Positions 49,647 through 58,687 of a stretch of 64,000 bases of DNA are shown one piece after another. The notes beneath the pieces were generated by a model. The model did no database searches, was not told the DNA's origin, and worked only from the letters and a program-made list of their open reading frames with translations. The position numbers and the translations under genes were made by a program. The stretch covers positions 3,987,607 to 4,051,606 of the forward strand of contig CBDEUR010000003.1 of NCBI GenBank assembly GCA_965243345.1, given 5' to 3'. Each line of letters starts with the position of its first letter. Positions within the stretch are counted from its first letter, which is position 1. This DNA comes from Thalassobaculaceae bacterium. Its GTDB lineage: Bacteria; Pseudomonadota; Alphaproteobacteria; Thalassobaculales; Thalassobaculaceae.

Positions 49647-51662
49647 CTACCGGCGACGCCGGCGACGTGCGGTCGACTGGGCTGCCGGTGCGCGGGGCTC
49701 GGGCAGGTCGACCAGGCGGCGCAACCGGCGATAGGGGTCGGTCCGGTGCGGAAACGCCATCGCGTCAACGAAGTGCTCCTGGAACCTCGGCTCGGTGGCG
49801 GTCTCGATCTTCTCGACCCGGCGGACCACCTGTTCGATCTCGCGCCGCGCCTCGTGGTCCAGCAGGGCGATCCGCGCCCCGGTTCCGGCGGCGTTGCCGG
49901 CCGAGTACACGAGGTCGGGCCGGCAGTCCGGGATCATTCCGAGGACCATGGCATGGGTGGTGTCGATGTGGCTGCCGAAGGCGCCGGCCAGCACGACGCG
50001 GTCGACGGTGTCGATTTCGAGCCTGTCCATCAGCAGCCGGGATCCCGCGTACAGCGCCGCCTTGGCAAGCTGGATGGCGCGGACATCGGCCTGGGTGACG
50101 CAGATGTCCCCGGCGAGACGCCACGAGAAGGTCCGCCCGTCCGCGAACACCCTCTCCGTGCGCTCCCGGCAGGCCCCGTCGATGGTGCCGTCCGCCGTCA
50201 TGAGACCGGCGAGAAAGAGTTCCGCCAGCGCCTCGATGATGCCCGAGCCGCAGATGCCGGTGACCCGGGCGTCGGCCGGGAACTCCGGCTCGTTTGACCA
50301 GGCGTCGACACCGATGATGCGGAACCGCGGCTCGAGCGTCGTCCTGTCGATGCGCACCCGCTCGATGGCGCCCGGTGCCGCGCGCTGGCCCGAAGAGATC
50401 TGTGCTCCTTCGAAGGCCGGGCCGGTCGGGCTCGAACAGGCGAGCAGGCGATGCCGGTTGCCCAGCACGATCTCGGCGTTTGTCCCGACATCGATGATGA
50501 GCGTCATGTCGTCGCGCCGGTACGGTCCCTCGGACAGGATCACCGCCGCGGCATCGGCACCGACGTGACCGGCGATGCACGCCGGGGCGTAGACGCGGGT
50601 GCCCGGGTGCAGGGCGATGTCGAGCTCGGCTGCCCTCGTCTCGACCGCCCGGTCGACCGCGAGCGCGAAGGGGGCAAAACCGAGTTCCGACGGGTCGATG
50701 CCCAGCATCAGGTGGTGCATGACCGGGTTGCCGACCATGACCACCTCGAGGATGTCGTCCGGTTCGGCCCCGGCCTCGCGCGCCGTCTCCCCGGCCAGTC
50801 CGGTCGCGGCCTCGCGCACCACCCGGGTCATGTCCGCGGCACCGCCCGGGTTCATCATCGCCCAGGAGACCCGGCTCATCAGGTCCTCGCCGAACCGGAT
50901 CTGCGGGTTCATGGCTCCGGACGAGGCCAGGACCTCGCCGGTCGCGAGGTCACACAGGTGGGCCGACATGGTGGTGGAACCGATATCGAGGGCCAGTCCG
51001 AGCACCCGTTCGCGCAGGCCGGGCCACACGGCAACGATGCGGTCGCCACCGCGCAGTGCCACGGTGACTTTCCAGTCACCGTCGCGCAGGGTCTTCTGCA
51101 GTGTGCCGAGGACATGCGCATCGCAGGTCATGTCGTCACCTAGACCCGGCCACTGGTCGGCCAGGCTGGCGCACAGGCGGCGCAGGTCGCTTGCCGGCAC
51201 CTCGAGGTCGGGCCGCGCAACCTCGACATAGTGGAGCCGCGTGACCGGGCGCACCTCGATCTCGCGTGCCTCGGCCCGCTTGCGGATGACCTGGCGGTGG
51301 ACCTGGCTTTCCGGTGGAACGTCGATGACGGCGTCGGTCAGAAGCTGCGCGCTGCAGCCAAGCCGGCGGTCCGGCGCCAGGCGCCGGCGCCCGGCGTACC
51401 GCGTCTCCGCGGCTCCCGGGTTGGTGAGGGCCCCGGGCCCGGCGGAGACCTGGAACTTCGGGAAATCGCCCGGGGTGAAGACCACCTGGCAGCGTCCGCA
51501 CAGCGCCCGGCCGCCACACACCGAGTCGAGATCGACCCCGAGGTGACGGGCGGCCTCGAGCACGCTGGTTCCGGCCGGTACCAGTCCGCGCCTGCCGCTC
51601 GGGGAAAAAACCACGAAGACCTGGTCGGTTCCGCTCCCTTCGAGCGCGCGCGGTTGCGTCAT
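49647..51662 (-). CDS. 2Fe-2S ferredoxin / ASKHA-domain protein (RACo-like reductive activator of corrinoid proteins, DUF4445)
   Basis: N-terminal plant-type ferredoxin CGGRALCGRC, and a C-terminal actin-fold region (LALDIGSTT, IDVGTNAEIV, GNAAGTGA). I chose the start at MTQPRALEG. Confidence 0.75.
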   Translation of the reverse strand: MTQPRALEGSGTDQVFVVFSPSGRRGLVPAGTSVLEAARHLGVDLDSVCGGRALCGRCQVVFTPGDFPKFQVSAGPGALTNPGAAETRYAGRRRLAPDRRLGCSAQLLTDAVIDVPPESQVHRQVIRKRAEAREIEVRPVTRLHYVEVARPDLEVPASDLRRLCASLADQWPGLGDDMTCDAHVLGTLQKTLRDGDWKVTVALRGGDRIVAVWPGLRERVLGLALDIGSTTMSAHLCDLATGEVLASSGAMNPQIRFGEDLMSRVSWAMMNPGGAADMTRVVREAATGLAGETAREAGAEPDDILEVVMVGNPVMHHLMLGIDPSELGFAPFALAVDRAVETRAAELDIALHPGTRVYAPACIAGHVGADAAAVILSEGPYRRDDMTLIIDVGTNAEIVLGNRHRLLACSSPTGPAFEGAQISSGQRAAPGAIERVRIDRTTLEPRFRIIGVDAWSNEPEFPADARVTGICGSGIIEALAELFLAGLMTADGTIDGACRERTERVFADGRTFSWRLAGDICVTQADVRAIQLAKAALYAGSRLLMDRLEIDTVDRVVLAGAFGSHIDTTHAMVLGMIPDCRPDLVYSAGNAAGTGARIALLDHEARREIEQVVRRVEKIETATEPRFQEHFVDAMAFPHRTDPYRRLRRLVDLPEPRAPAAQSTARRRRRR

Positions 51663-51669
51663 TCGCCGC

Positions 51670-52575
51670 TCAGGCGGCCCGTCGGCGCCGTCGCGGCCGT
51701 GCCCGCGCTCCGACCAGAACCCCTTCCGGCACCGGTTCGCGGTACTTCGCGATCCAGCGGCGGCACTCCCTGTCATTGCCCATCATGACGTTGGCGCCGA
51801 AGACAGCCGTCATTTCCTCCCCGTGCAGCGGGTTCATGATGGCGGATGTCATGCCGGCACCGATGGCCATGGACAGGAAGGCGGCATTGAGCCCGTGCCG
51901 GTTCGGCAGGCCGAACGAGATGTTCGAGGCACCGCAGGTGGTGTTGACGCCAAGCTCGTCGCGCAGGCGGCGAATGAGCCGGAACGCGGACGAACCGGCG
52001 AGGTTGATGGCGCCGACCGGCATGATGAGGGGATCCACCACCACGTCAGCCGGGGGGATTCCGTGATCTCGGGCCCGCTCGACGATCTTGCGGGCAACCT
52101 CGAAGCGGACATCCGGGTCTTCCGAGATCCCGGTCTCGTCATTGGAGATCGCGACCACGGCAGCCCCGTAGCGGCGGACCAGCGGCAGGACGGACTCCAG
52201 CCGTTCCTCCTCGCCGGTGACCGAGTTGACCAGCGGCTTGCCCTCGTAGACCTCAAGTCCGGCCTCCAGCGCGTCGATGACGGAACTGTCGATGGACAAC
52301 GGCACATCGGTGACAGACTGGACCAGCCGGACACACTCGGCAAGGATGCGTGGCTCGTCGGCGAGCGGTATCCCGGCGTTGACGTCCAGCATCAGGGCCC
52401 CGGCCTGGACCTGGGCCAGGGCATCGGCGGTGACCCGGCTGTAGTTGCCGGTCGCCATCTCCGCGGCCAGCAGCCGGCGTCCCGTCGGATTGATCCGTTC
52501 GCCGATCACACAGAATGGCCGATCGAAACCGATCACCACTTCCCGGGTTGCGGAGCTGAGGACAGTCAGGGTCAT
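51670..52575 (-). CDS. methyltetrahydrofolate:corrinoid methyltransferase-like pterin-binding protein (MtrH/AcsE/MetH-domain type)
   Basis: 301 aa from MTLTVL. IGERINPTG..., LDVNAG, SIDSS, NSVTGEE, GASNISFGLP are pterin-binding TIM-barrel blocks. The 260-aa N-terminal extension of the ORF is rejected. Confidence 0.8.
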   Translation of the reverse strand: MTLTVLSSATREVVIGFDRPFCVIGERINPTGRRLLAAEMATGNYSRVTADALAQVQAGALMLDVNAGIPLADEPRILAECVRLVQSVTDVPLSIDSSVIDALEAGLEVYEGKPLVNSVTGEEERLESVLPLVRRYGAAVVAISNDETGISEDPDVRFEVARKIVERARDHGIPPADVVVDPLIMPVGAINLAGSSAFRLIRRLRDELGVNTTCGASNISFGLPNRHGLNAAFLSMAIGAGMTSAIMNPLHGEEMTAVFGANVMMGNDRECRRWIAKYREPVPEGVLVGARARPRRRRRAA

Positions 52576-52604
52576 GGTGGATATCTCCCCGGGACGTGAC
52601 CTGG

Positions 52605-53522
52605 TCAGGAAGCGGCAGGCAGGGCCTGCCCGCGGACGGTGAAGCCGTTTTCGCCGTCGGGCCGGAAGGCGCCGGCGCTGACCGCGTTGACCCACTCGGC
52701 GGTCTTTGCAAGGCCGCCGAAGGGATAAAAGTGCAGGCCGCGCACGAGCGAGCCGGGATCGGCGGCAACCAGTTCCGCGAGCCGGGCCACGAACCGGTCG
52801 GGCTGCTGCTGTGCCAGCAGGCGGGTCACCGAGCGGGCCTGGCGGGTCAGGAACAGCATCGAGGGGCCGACGCCGGAGACCTGCGCGAACCGGAGCAGGG
52901 TCTTCACGGTGGCCGGGCCCGGAACCCCGACGCGGATCGGCAGGCGGTTGCCGTCGGCGCGCAGGCGCCGTTCCCAGGCCGCGACCGTGTCGGCGTCGAA
53001 ACAGAACTGGGTCTCGATGTAGACGTCGAGGCCGGTGTCGCGGGCCCAGGCGTTCTTCCGGGCGAGTGCCCTGGCGAGCTCCGGCGCCGGGATGTCGGGC
53101 GACCCTTCCGGGTGTCCGGCAACCCCGACAGTCCGGATGCCCCGGCGCTCGAGCAGTCCGGTCTCGAGCAGATCCATCGAACTTGCGAACGGGCCCAGCG
53201 GCCGGTCGACACCGCCGGCGATGACCAGCACCTCGGTCACGGCGGCATGGGTCACCAGTTCGTCGAGCGTACGCTCGAGCTGGCTTCGGCCGGTGAGGCT
53301 GCGGGCGGCGAGATGCGGAACCGGATTGAACCCCTCTGCCCGCAGGCGCCGGCACACGCTCACGGTCCCGGCGATGTCCGAACCGGGAAGGAAGGTGACA
53401 TTGACGGTGGTGCCGGCCGGAAGGTGGTTGGCAAAGGAACCGATACGGGCGGCCCCGGCGGGCGTGATCTCCACCGAGTACCCGTCAACCAGGCTGCGGA
53501 TCTGTCGGCTGTTGAAGGTCAT
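52605..53522 (-). CDS. methylenetetrahydrofolate reductase-family protein (MetF-like)
   Basis: SVEITPAG..., PHLAARS, VLVIAGG, ETQFCFD, and a C-terminal LHFYPFGG. Start at MTFNSRQ; the ORF stays open to 53567. Confidence 0.75.
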   Translation of the reverse strand: MTFNSRQIRSLVDGYSVEITPAGAARIGSFANHLPAGTTVNVTFLPGSDIAGTVSVCRRLRAEGFNPVPHLAARSLTGRSQLERTLDELVTHAAVTEVLVIAGGVDRPLGPFASSMDLLETGLLERRGIRTVGVAGHPEGSPDIPAPELARALARKNAWARDTGLDVYIETQFCFDADTVAAWERRLRADGNRLPIRVGVPGPATVKTLLRFAQVSGVGPSMLFLTRQARSVTRLLAQQQPDRFVARLAELVAADPGSLVRGLHFYPFGGLAKTAEWVNAVSAGAFRPDGENGFTVRGQALPAAS

Positions 53523-53715
53523 CACCGCCGCTCCAGCCAGTCCGGAATTCCATTCCCTTTGCCTCATCTAGGTACTATCCGGGAAAACCAGTTTCGTATT
53601 GTCGTCACAAGCAGTTCAGAATCCGACACTTCCGCGACAGGTCGTGCCCGAGCGGCACCCGGGGCACGCCCGGCGGTTTGCAGCGTGCCGGGACACGGGG
53701 TAGCGTTCGGGCGCC

Positions 53716-55338
53716 ATGCAGACGAAGGACGGGGCGGACGGAGTGGACGCGGAATCCCGGGCGATTGACCCGCCGGTGCGGGAGACCCATTTCGGGGATC
53801 GGCGGGTGCTGTGTTTCCCGGACCGTCCGAACGACGTCGTGGCGATGTTCGCCGAGACGGTCCGCAGCCGGTCCGACCACGAGGCACTGGTCGCCGGGGA
53901 GCGCCGGATCAGCTACCGGGATCTCGACCGGCTGGTCCGGAGAGCCGCCGGACGGTTGCTCGCGGACGGACTGGGCGCGAAGGACCGGGTGTGCCTGCTG
54001 CTCGGCAACCGGCCGGATTTCCTCGTGCTCCTGCTGGCGATCCTGCGCATCGGCGCCATCGCCGTTCCGGTGAACCCGCGCGAACAGAGGGACGGGCTCG
54101 CCTTCATCCTCACCGACTGCCGGGCGGCGGCACTGGTCAGCGAGGCCGGGCTCGAGGACCGGATCCCGGATCCGGCCGCGGTCCCGTGGGTTCGCCGCTT
54201 CTACCGCATCGCGGACGCGAGAGGGCTCGAACCGGCCGGCGCGACGCATCACGCGCCGGCCGCGCGCCGCTGCGGCGAAGAGGACACCGCAATCCTCCTC
54301 TACACCTCGGGCACCACCGGCAGGCCGAAGGGCGCAATGCTGACCCACCTGAACCTGGTGCACTCGGTCATGCACTACCAGCAGGTGTTCGGCCTCGGAC
54401 CGCGTGACCGGTCAATGCTGGTCGTGCCTGCGAGCCACGTCACCGGTGTGGTGGCCATCCTCCTTGCCATGGTCAGGTGCGGCGGCTGCAGTGTCTTGAT
54501 GCGCGACTTCGAGGTGCATGGGTTCCTCGCGCGCGCCGCGGGCGAGCGGATCACCCATACGGTGATGGTGCCGGCGATGTACAACCTGTGCCTGCTGAGA
54601 GCCGATCTCGGCGAGCATGACCTCTCGGCATGGCGCATCGGCGCCTACGGCGGCGCGCCGATGCCGGAAGCGACCATCGCCGCCCTTTCCCGTGCCCTGC
54701 CCGGATTGCAGCTTGCAAACGCCTACGGTGCGACCGAGACCGCCTCGCCGGCGACCGTGATGCCGCCGGGCCGCACGCGGGAGAGGCCGGACAGCGTGGG
54801 CCTGGCGGTCGCCTGCGCCGAGCTCGCGATCGTGGACGAGACCGGGGTCGAGGTGGCTGCCGGAGAGGCCGGGGAGGTGCTGATCAGGGGACCGATGGTG
54901 GTCCCCGGCTACTGGAACCGCCCCGGAGAGACCGAAGCCAACTTCCGCGACGGCTGGTGGTGTTCCGGCGACATCGGTGCGCTCGACGGCGACGGGTTCC
55001 TTACCGTGTTCGATCGCAGGAAGGACATGATCAACCGGGGTGGCTACAAGGTCTACAGTGCCGAGCTCGAGAACACGCTGGCCCATCATCCCGCGGTCGG
55101 TGAAGTCGCCGCCGTCCCCAGGCCGGACCCGGTGCTGGGCGAACGGATTCACTGTTTCGTGGTGCCGGCCGGTGCCGAACCGGACCCCGGGGAGCTGCGG
55201 GACTTCTGCGGCGGCCGTCTTGCGGACTACAAGGTTCCGGACAGCTTCACCTTCCTCGTCGAACCGCTGCCGCGCAACGCCAACGGCAAGGTCATGAAGC
55301 TGGTCCTGAAGGAATGGCTCGAACGGAGACAGCCGTGA
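53716..55338 (+). CDS. AMP-dependent acyl-CoA synthetase/ligase
   Basis: 540 aa. LYTSGTTGRPKG, GDIG...DGF, and the C-terminal lysine block NGKVMK. Confidence 0.85.
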   Translation: MQTKDGADGVDAESRAIDPPVRETHFGDRRVLCFPDRPNDVVAMFAETVRSRSDHEALVAGERRISYRDLDRLVRRAAGRLLADGLGAKDRVCLLLGNRPDFLVLLLAILRIGAIAVPVNPREQRDGLAFILTDCRAAALVSEAGLEDRIPDPAAVPWVRRFYRIADARGLEPAGATHHAPAARRCGEEDTAILLYTSGTTGRPKGAMLTHLNLVHSVMHYQQVFGLGPRDRSMLVVPASHVTGVVAILLAMVRCGGCSVLMRDFEVHGFLARAAGERITHTVMVPAMYNLCLLRADLGEHDLSAWRIGAYGGAPMPEATIAALSRALPGLQLANAYGATETASPATVMPPGRTRERPDSVGLAVACAELAIVDETGVEVAAGEAGEVLIRGPMVVPGYWNRPGETEANFRDGWWCSGDIGALDGDGFLTVFDRRKDMINRGGYKVYSAELENTLAHHPAVGEVAAVPRPDPVLGERIHCFVVPAGAEPDPGELRDFCGGRLADYKVPDSFTFLVEPLPRNANGKVMKLVLKEWLERRQP

Positions 55339-56093
55339 CCGACCTGTACGACCTTGCCGGCCGGACCGCGCTGGTGACCGGTGCCTCGCAGGGGCTGGGA
55401 CAGAGATTTGCCCGTGTCCTGGCCCGCCACGGCGCCGGCGTCGGACTGGCGGCGCGCCAGACCGACCGTATCGCGGCCCTGCAGGAGGAAATCGGTGCCG
55501 GTGGCGGCCGCGCCCACGCGGTGACCATGGACGTGATGGACCGCTCCAGTATCGAGGCCGGGGTGAGCGAGGTGGAGAGCGTGCTGGGCCCGGTCGACAT
55601 CCTGGTCAACAATGCCGGCCTTGCGATCAACAGCGCCTTCCTGGACGTGACCGAGGAGGAGTACGACACGGTACTCGGGACCAACCTGAGGGGATGCTTC
55701 TTCTGCGCCCAGGAAGTGGCCCGGGGCATGGCCGAGCGCGGCGAGGGCTCGATCATCAACATCTCCTCGGTGCTGGGTGCGCGGCCGATCGGGACGCTGT
55801 CGACCTACTGTGCGTCGAAGGGGGGGCTGAACCAGCTGACAGCGGCCATGGCGCTCGAGCTGGCGCGCCACGGTGTCCGGGTCAATGCCATCGCGCCGGG
55901 CTACGTCGAAACCCCGATGAACAGCGATTTCTTCCGTTCGCTGCCCGGCCAGGCCCTGGTCCGCTCGGTACCGCAGCGCCGGCTCGGCCAGGTGTCCGAC
56001 CTCGACGGCGCCCTGCTGCTGCTGGCCTCCGGCGCATCGGGGTTCATGACCGGCACGGTGGTGACGGTCGATGGCGGGTTCACCATTCGCTGA
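55314..56093 (+). CDS. SDR family oxidoreductase
   Basis: TGASQGLG, NNAG, and the YCASKGG Y-x3-K motif. An alternative GTG start at 55335 would overlap the upstream stop (GTGA). Confidence 0.85.
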   Translation: MARTETAVTDLYDLAGRTALVTGASQGLGQRFARVLARHGAGVGLAARQTDRIAALQEEIGAGGGRAHAVTMDVMDRSSIEAGVSEVESVLGPVDILVNNAGLAINSAFLDVTEEEYDTVLGTNLRGCFFCAQEVARGMAERGEGSIINISSVLGARPIGTLSTYCASKGGLNQLTAAMALELARHGVRVNAIAPGYVETPMNSDFFRSLPGQALVRSVPQRRLGQVSDLDGALLLLASGASGFMTGTVVTVDGGFTIR

Positions 56094-56098
56094 TGCGA

Positions 56099-57010
56099 TC
56101 AGGCCGCGAAGTGGCGCTGCAGCCGGGCGGCGGTTTCCTCCGGCTTTTCCTCGTTGACGTAGTGGCCGGCATCGATCGGTCCACCGGTCACCTCGCCTGC
56201 GGCGTAGCGCCGCCACACGGACAGCACGTCCCCGAACACGGTGCCGGTGTGGCTGTCGCGGCCCCACAGGACCAGCAGCGGGCAGGCCACGCGCCTGTCC
56301 GCCTCGAAGTCCCCGGTGTCCATGGCAAGGTCCGAGTCGGCGCAGGCGCGGTAGTCCTCGCACGAGCCGCGTATTGTCTTCCAGGTGAAGCAGCGGACGT
56401 ATTCCTCGAATGCCTCGGGCGCGAACGGCGTCAGCCCCTTGCCCGGCTTTGATATCTTCTGCTCGATGAAGTAGCGGGCGGGAACGCCCGCCATCATCCG
56501 CTCCGGCATGTCGTGCGGCTGGATCATGAACAGCCAGTGCCAGGACGAGCGTGCCCACTCCGCCGACCCGTGGGTCCAGATGTGGTGGCTGGGCAGGATG
56601 TCGATCACGGCTGCCCGCCGGATCCGGTCGGGATGGTCGAGCGCCATCCGGTGGGTGACCCTGGCGCCCCGGTCGTGGCCGGCAACGTCGAACTCCCGGT
56701 AGCCGAAATGGGTCATCAGGTCGACGAGGTCCGCCGCCATGGCGCGAAACGAGTAGTTCACGCTCCCGGGACCGCCGTCTTCGAGACCGCGCGAGTCGCC
56801 GTAGCCCCGCAGGTCGGCCATGATCAGCCGGTGCCGGGATGCGAGCAGCGGTGCGACCTTGTGCCAGGAGACATGGGTAAGCGGATTGCCGTGCAGGAGC
56901 AGCAGCGGCGGTCCCGAGCCGCAGGTCCTGCCGACCAGCGTCGCCGACCCGTACCCGCGGTCCGGCGTGGTGACCTCGAAGCTGTCGCAGCCTTCCAGTC
57001 CGGGGATCAT
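56099..57010 (-). CDS. alpha/beta hydrolase, haloacetate-dehalogenase/epoxide-hydrolase-like
   Basis: LLLLHGNPLTH, and the nucleophile block VAGHDRGARV (Asp nucleophile type). 303 aa. Confidence 0.75.
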   Translation of the reverse strand: MIPGLEGCDSFEVTTPDRGYGSATLVGRTCGSGPPLLLLHGNPLTHVSWHKVAPLLASRHRLIMADLRGYGDSRGLEDGGPGSVNYSFRAMAADLVDLMTHFGYREFDVAGHDRGARVTHRMALDHPDRIRRAAVIDILPSHHIWTHGSAEWARSSWHWLFMIQPHDMPERMMAGVPARYFIEQKISKPGKGLTPFAPEAFEEYVRCFTWKTIRGSCEDYRACADSDLAMDTGDFEADRRVACPLLVLWGRDSHTGTVFGDVLSVWRRYAAGEVTGGPIDAGHYVNEEKPEETAARLQRHFAA

Positions 57011-57026
57011 TGACCGTTCCTCCGTC

Positions 57027-58010
57027 CTACCGCCTGCGCCGCATGCGCTTGGAGAGGTGCCGGGCGGAGGTGCTGCTCATGATGAACTCAGCAACCAGAC
57101 CCACCATGTCCTGGTCCTCCACCGGATAGCGGGTGTCGAAAAGCCGCGGCATGCCCGCGACCTGATCCTCGCCGAACTTGACCTGTGCCATCCGCCACAG
57201 CATCACCCGCTCGGCGGCCGCTTCTTCCATCAGCGCCTTGGCATATCCCTCGCGCTGTCCCTGTTCCCTGCCCTGCCGGTGAACCGGCCGCATCAGTTCG
57301 TCGGCGCGCCGGATGTCCTCCAGGGTGGGTTCCGCCTCGCCGAGGCTGCGTGTCATGTTGAACTCGAAACCGTGCTCCCGGCCGAGCAGGTTTCCCCATT
57401 CGAGGATCGCCTCCACCGCCCGGGCGTGCTCCGGTTCCGGAAGTCGCGACACGCAACCGGCCGGCAGGTTGAGGCCGATCCGGTCCGGCCGAACGGAGGT
57501 CTGTACCGCGATGATGTGGGAGACCACCGAGTCCGGATCGATATCCGTGGTGTCGAGGGCGCGGATGTCGAGGACACGCTGCTCCGCGGCGCGGTGCTGC
57601 GCGGTTGCCGGGGGCCACGGCCTGTCGCCGTCGTAGATCACCAGCTGCACCAGTCGCGGAACCGGCCCGCCTGCATCCGACAGCGCCGCGTGGCAGGCGG
57701 CGAGCCGGTCACTTGCTCCGGTATCGATCTCCGTGTGGATCTCGACCAGGAACAGGACCGTCTGGTCGGGACCATTGCCCCGCATTCCGACGCGCCAGAA
57801 CGCCGAGTGCGGGCAGGCCGGTCCCGGCATGTCTTCCGCGGCCACCGGGCGCAGGCGCTGCCAGTCCAGCCGTTCGCGCAGGTCGGTCCCGTCGTCGCAC
57901 ACGAGGCCCCGGGCATAGCCGGTCACCAGGTGCGTGAAGATGACCGGGTGTTCGAACAGCGCGCGATAGGCGTGCCAGTCGGGGCTGTCGTGCATCGGCA
58001 TCACTGTCAT
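57027..58010 (-). CDS. Rpn-family recombination-promoting nuclease / putative PD-(D/E)XK transposase with a DUF4351-like C-terminus
   Basis: N-terminal HDSPDWHAYRALFEHPVIFTHLV, the core strand LFLVEIHTE, and a C-terminal GREQGQREGYAKAL...MLWRMAQVKFGE. Possible starts are at 58010, 58001 and 57995. Confidence 0.6.
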   Translation of the reverse strand: MTVMPMHDSPDWHAYRALFEHPVIFTHLVTGYARGLVCDDGTDLRERLDWQRLRPVAAEDMPGPACPHSAFWRVGMRGNGPDQTVLFLVEIHTEIDTGASDRLAACHAALSDAGGPVPRLVQLVIYDGDRPWPPATAQHRAAEQRVLDIRALDTTDIDPDSVVSHIIAVQTSVRPDRIGLNLPAGCVSRLPEPEHARAVEAILEWGNLLGREHGFEFNMTRSLGEAEPTLEDIRRADELMRPVHRQGREQGQREGYAKALMEEAAAERVMLWRMAQVKFGEDQVAGMPRLFDTRYPVEDQDMVGLVAEFIMSSTSARHLSKRMRRRR

Positions 58011-58225
58011 CCGGACGGTGCGGAAGGAGGCGGAACATAAAGCGAACCCGGACTGCGGGTCAACAGGCCGGCCACCGCCGTGGTGAAACTTGCACGCCGC
58101 GTTCGGCGAAAGTGTCCCAACGGGCATCCGCGGGACAAAAGCACCCGTTCCGCGCAGGGGCCGCACCTGTCCCTAGCGTTCTAGTCCCGTACTTGCGATG
58201 CGCAAAGTGGAAAAATCCAGCTCGA

Positions 58226-58687
58226 TCAGTCCAGGCACTTCTTTCCTGCAGGGATCTCGCTCCAGCGATCAAGATAGAACGCAAACCTCTCGGCAAACCC
58301 ATCCCCGAATGGATGTACATCTGCCTTTGCAATTGTCTTGGAGAGGTTCAAAAAGTCAATGACGTGAAATTCTTCTATCCCGCAGAACTTGGCTTTTTCT
58401 TCATCATTGAGAGCACACGGCACTATCATGATCAAATCAATGTCGGCGTCACTCCATGCCTCGGCGACTTCGGTTTTATACAATTGTCCTTTCTTTCCCT
58501 TTAGTCCAGGTCGTGGGGCTCTCATATTCATTTTGCGGAAGCCGCACCTGTCGCAAAGGCTTATGCATCCGATTTCGTGAAGTTTCCATATCAAGTGTGC
58601 GTACTTTCGCGATTCCTTACTCGCACGTGCAACTTGAAGAACTCCACAGAGTATCTCGCATATTTTTTTATTCTTTGCACATTTCAT
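58226..58687 (-). CDS. Cys-rich hypothetical protein (153 aa), in the -1 frame relative to the upstream ORF; possibly made only as a frameshift fusion
   Basis: It lies in the AT-rich islet and has 8 Cys (C3, C10, C14, C41, C45, C48 and two more). There is no SD before its ATG, and its frame is open for 16 codons upstream. Confidence 0.5.
   Translation of the reverse strand: MKCAKNKKICEILCGVLQVARASKESRKYAHLIWKLHEIGCISLCDRCGFRKMNMRAPRPGLKGKKGQLYKTEVAEAWSDADIDLIMIVPCALNDEEKAKFCGIEEFHVIDFLNLSKTIAKADVHPFGDGFAERFAFYLDRWSEIPAGKKCLD

Noticed and set aside
51670-53355. A 561-aa ORF that suggests a much larger methyltransferase. The same pattern appears in the 814-aa ORF 45733..48177, the 476-aa ORF 7256..8686, the 772-aa ORF 34764..37082 and the 498-aa ORF 15271..16767.
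   Set aside because: The N-terminal extensions are Arg/Pro-rich and overlap the upstream genes in another frame. Internal starts give proteins of canonical length and N-termini, often with an SD or an ATGA/GTGA coupling.
58011-58225. Imperfect hairpins (gtccc...gggac, and aacgggtgc...gcccgtt) between the Cys-rich ORF and the Rpn gene, considered as a terminator or a structured RNA.
   Set aside because: The stems are short or imperfect with large loops, and there is no U-tract. I cannot support a call from sequence alone.
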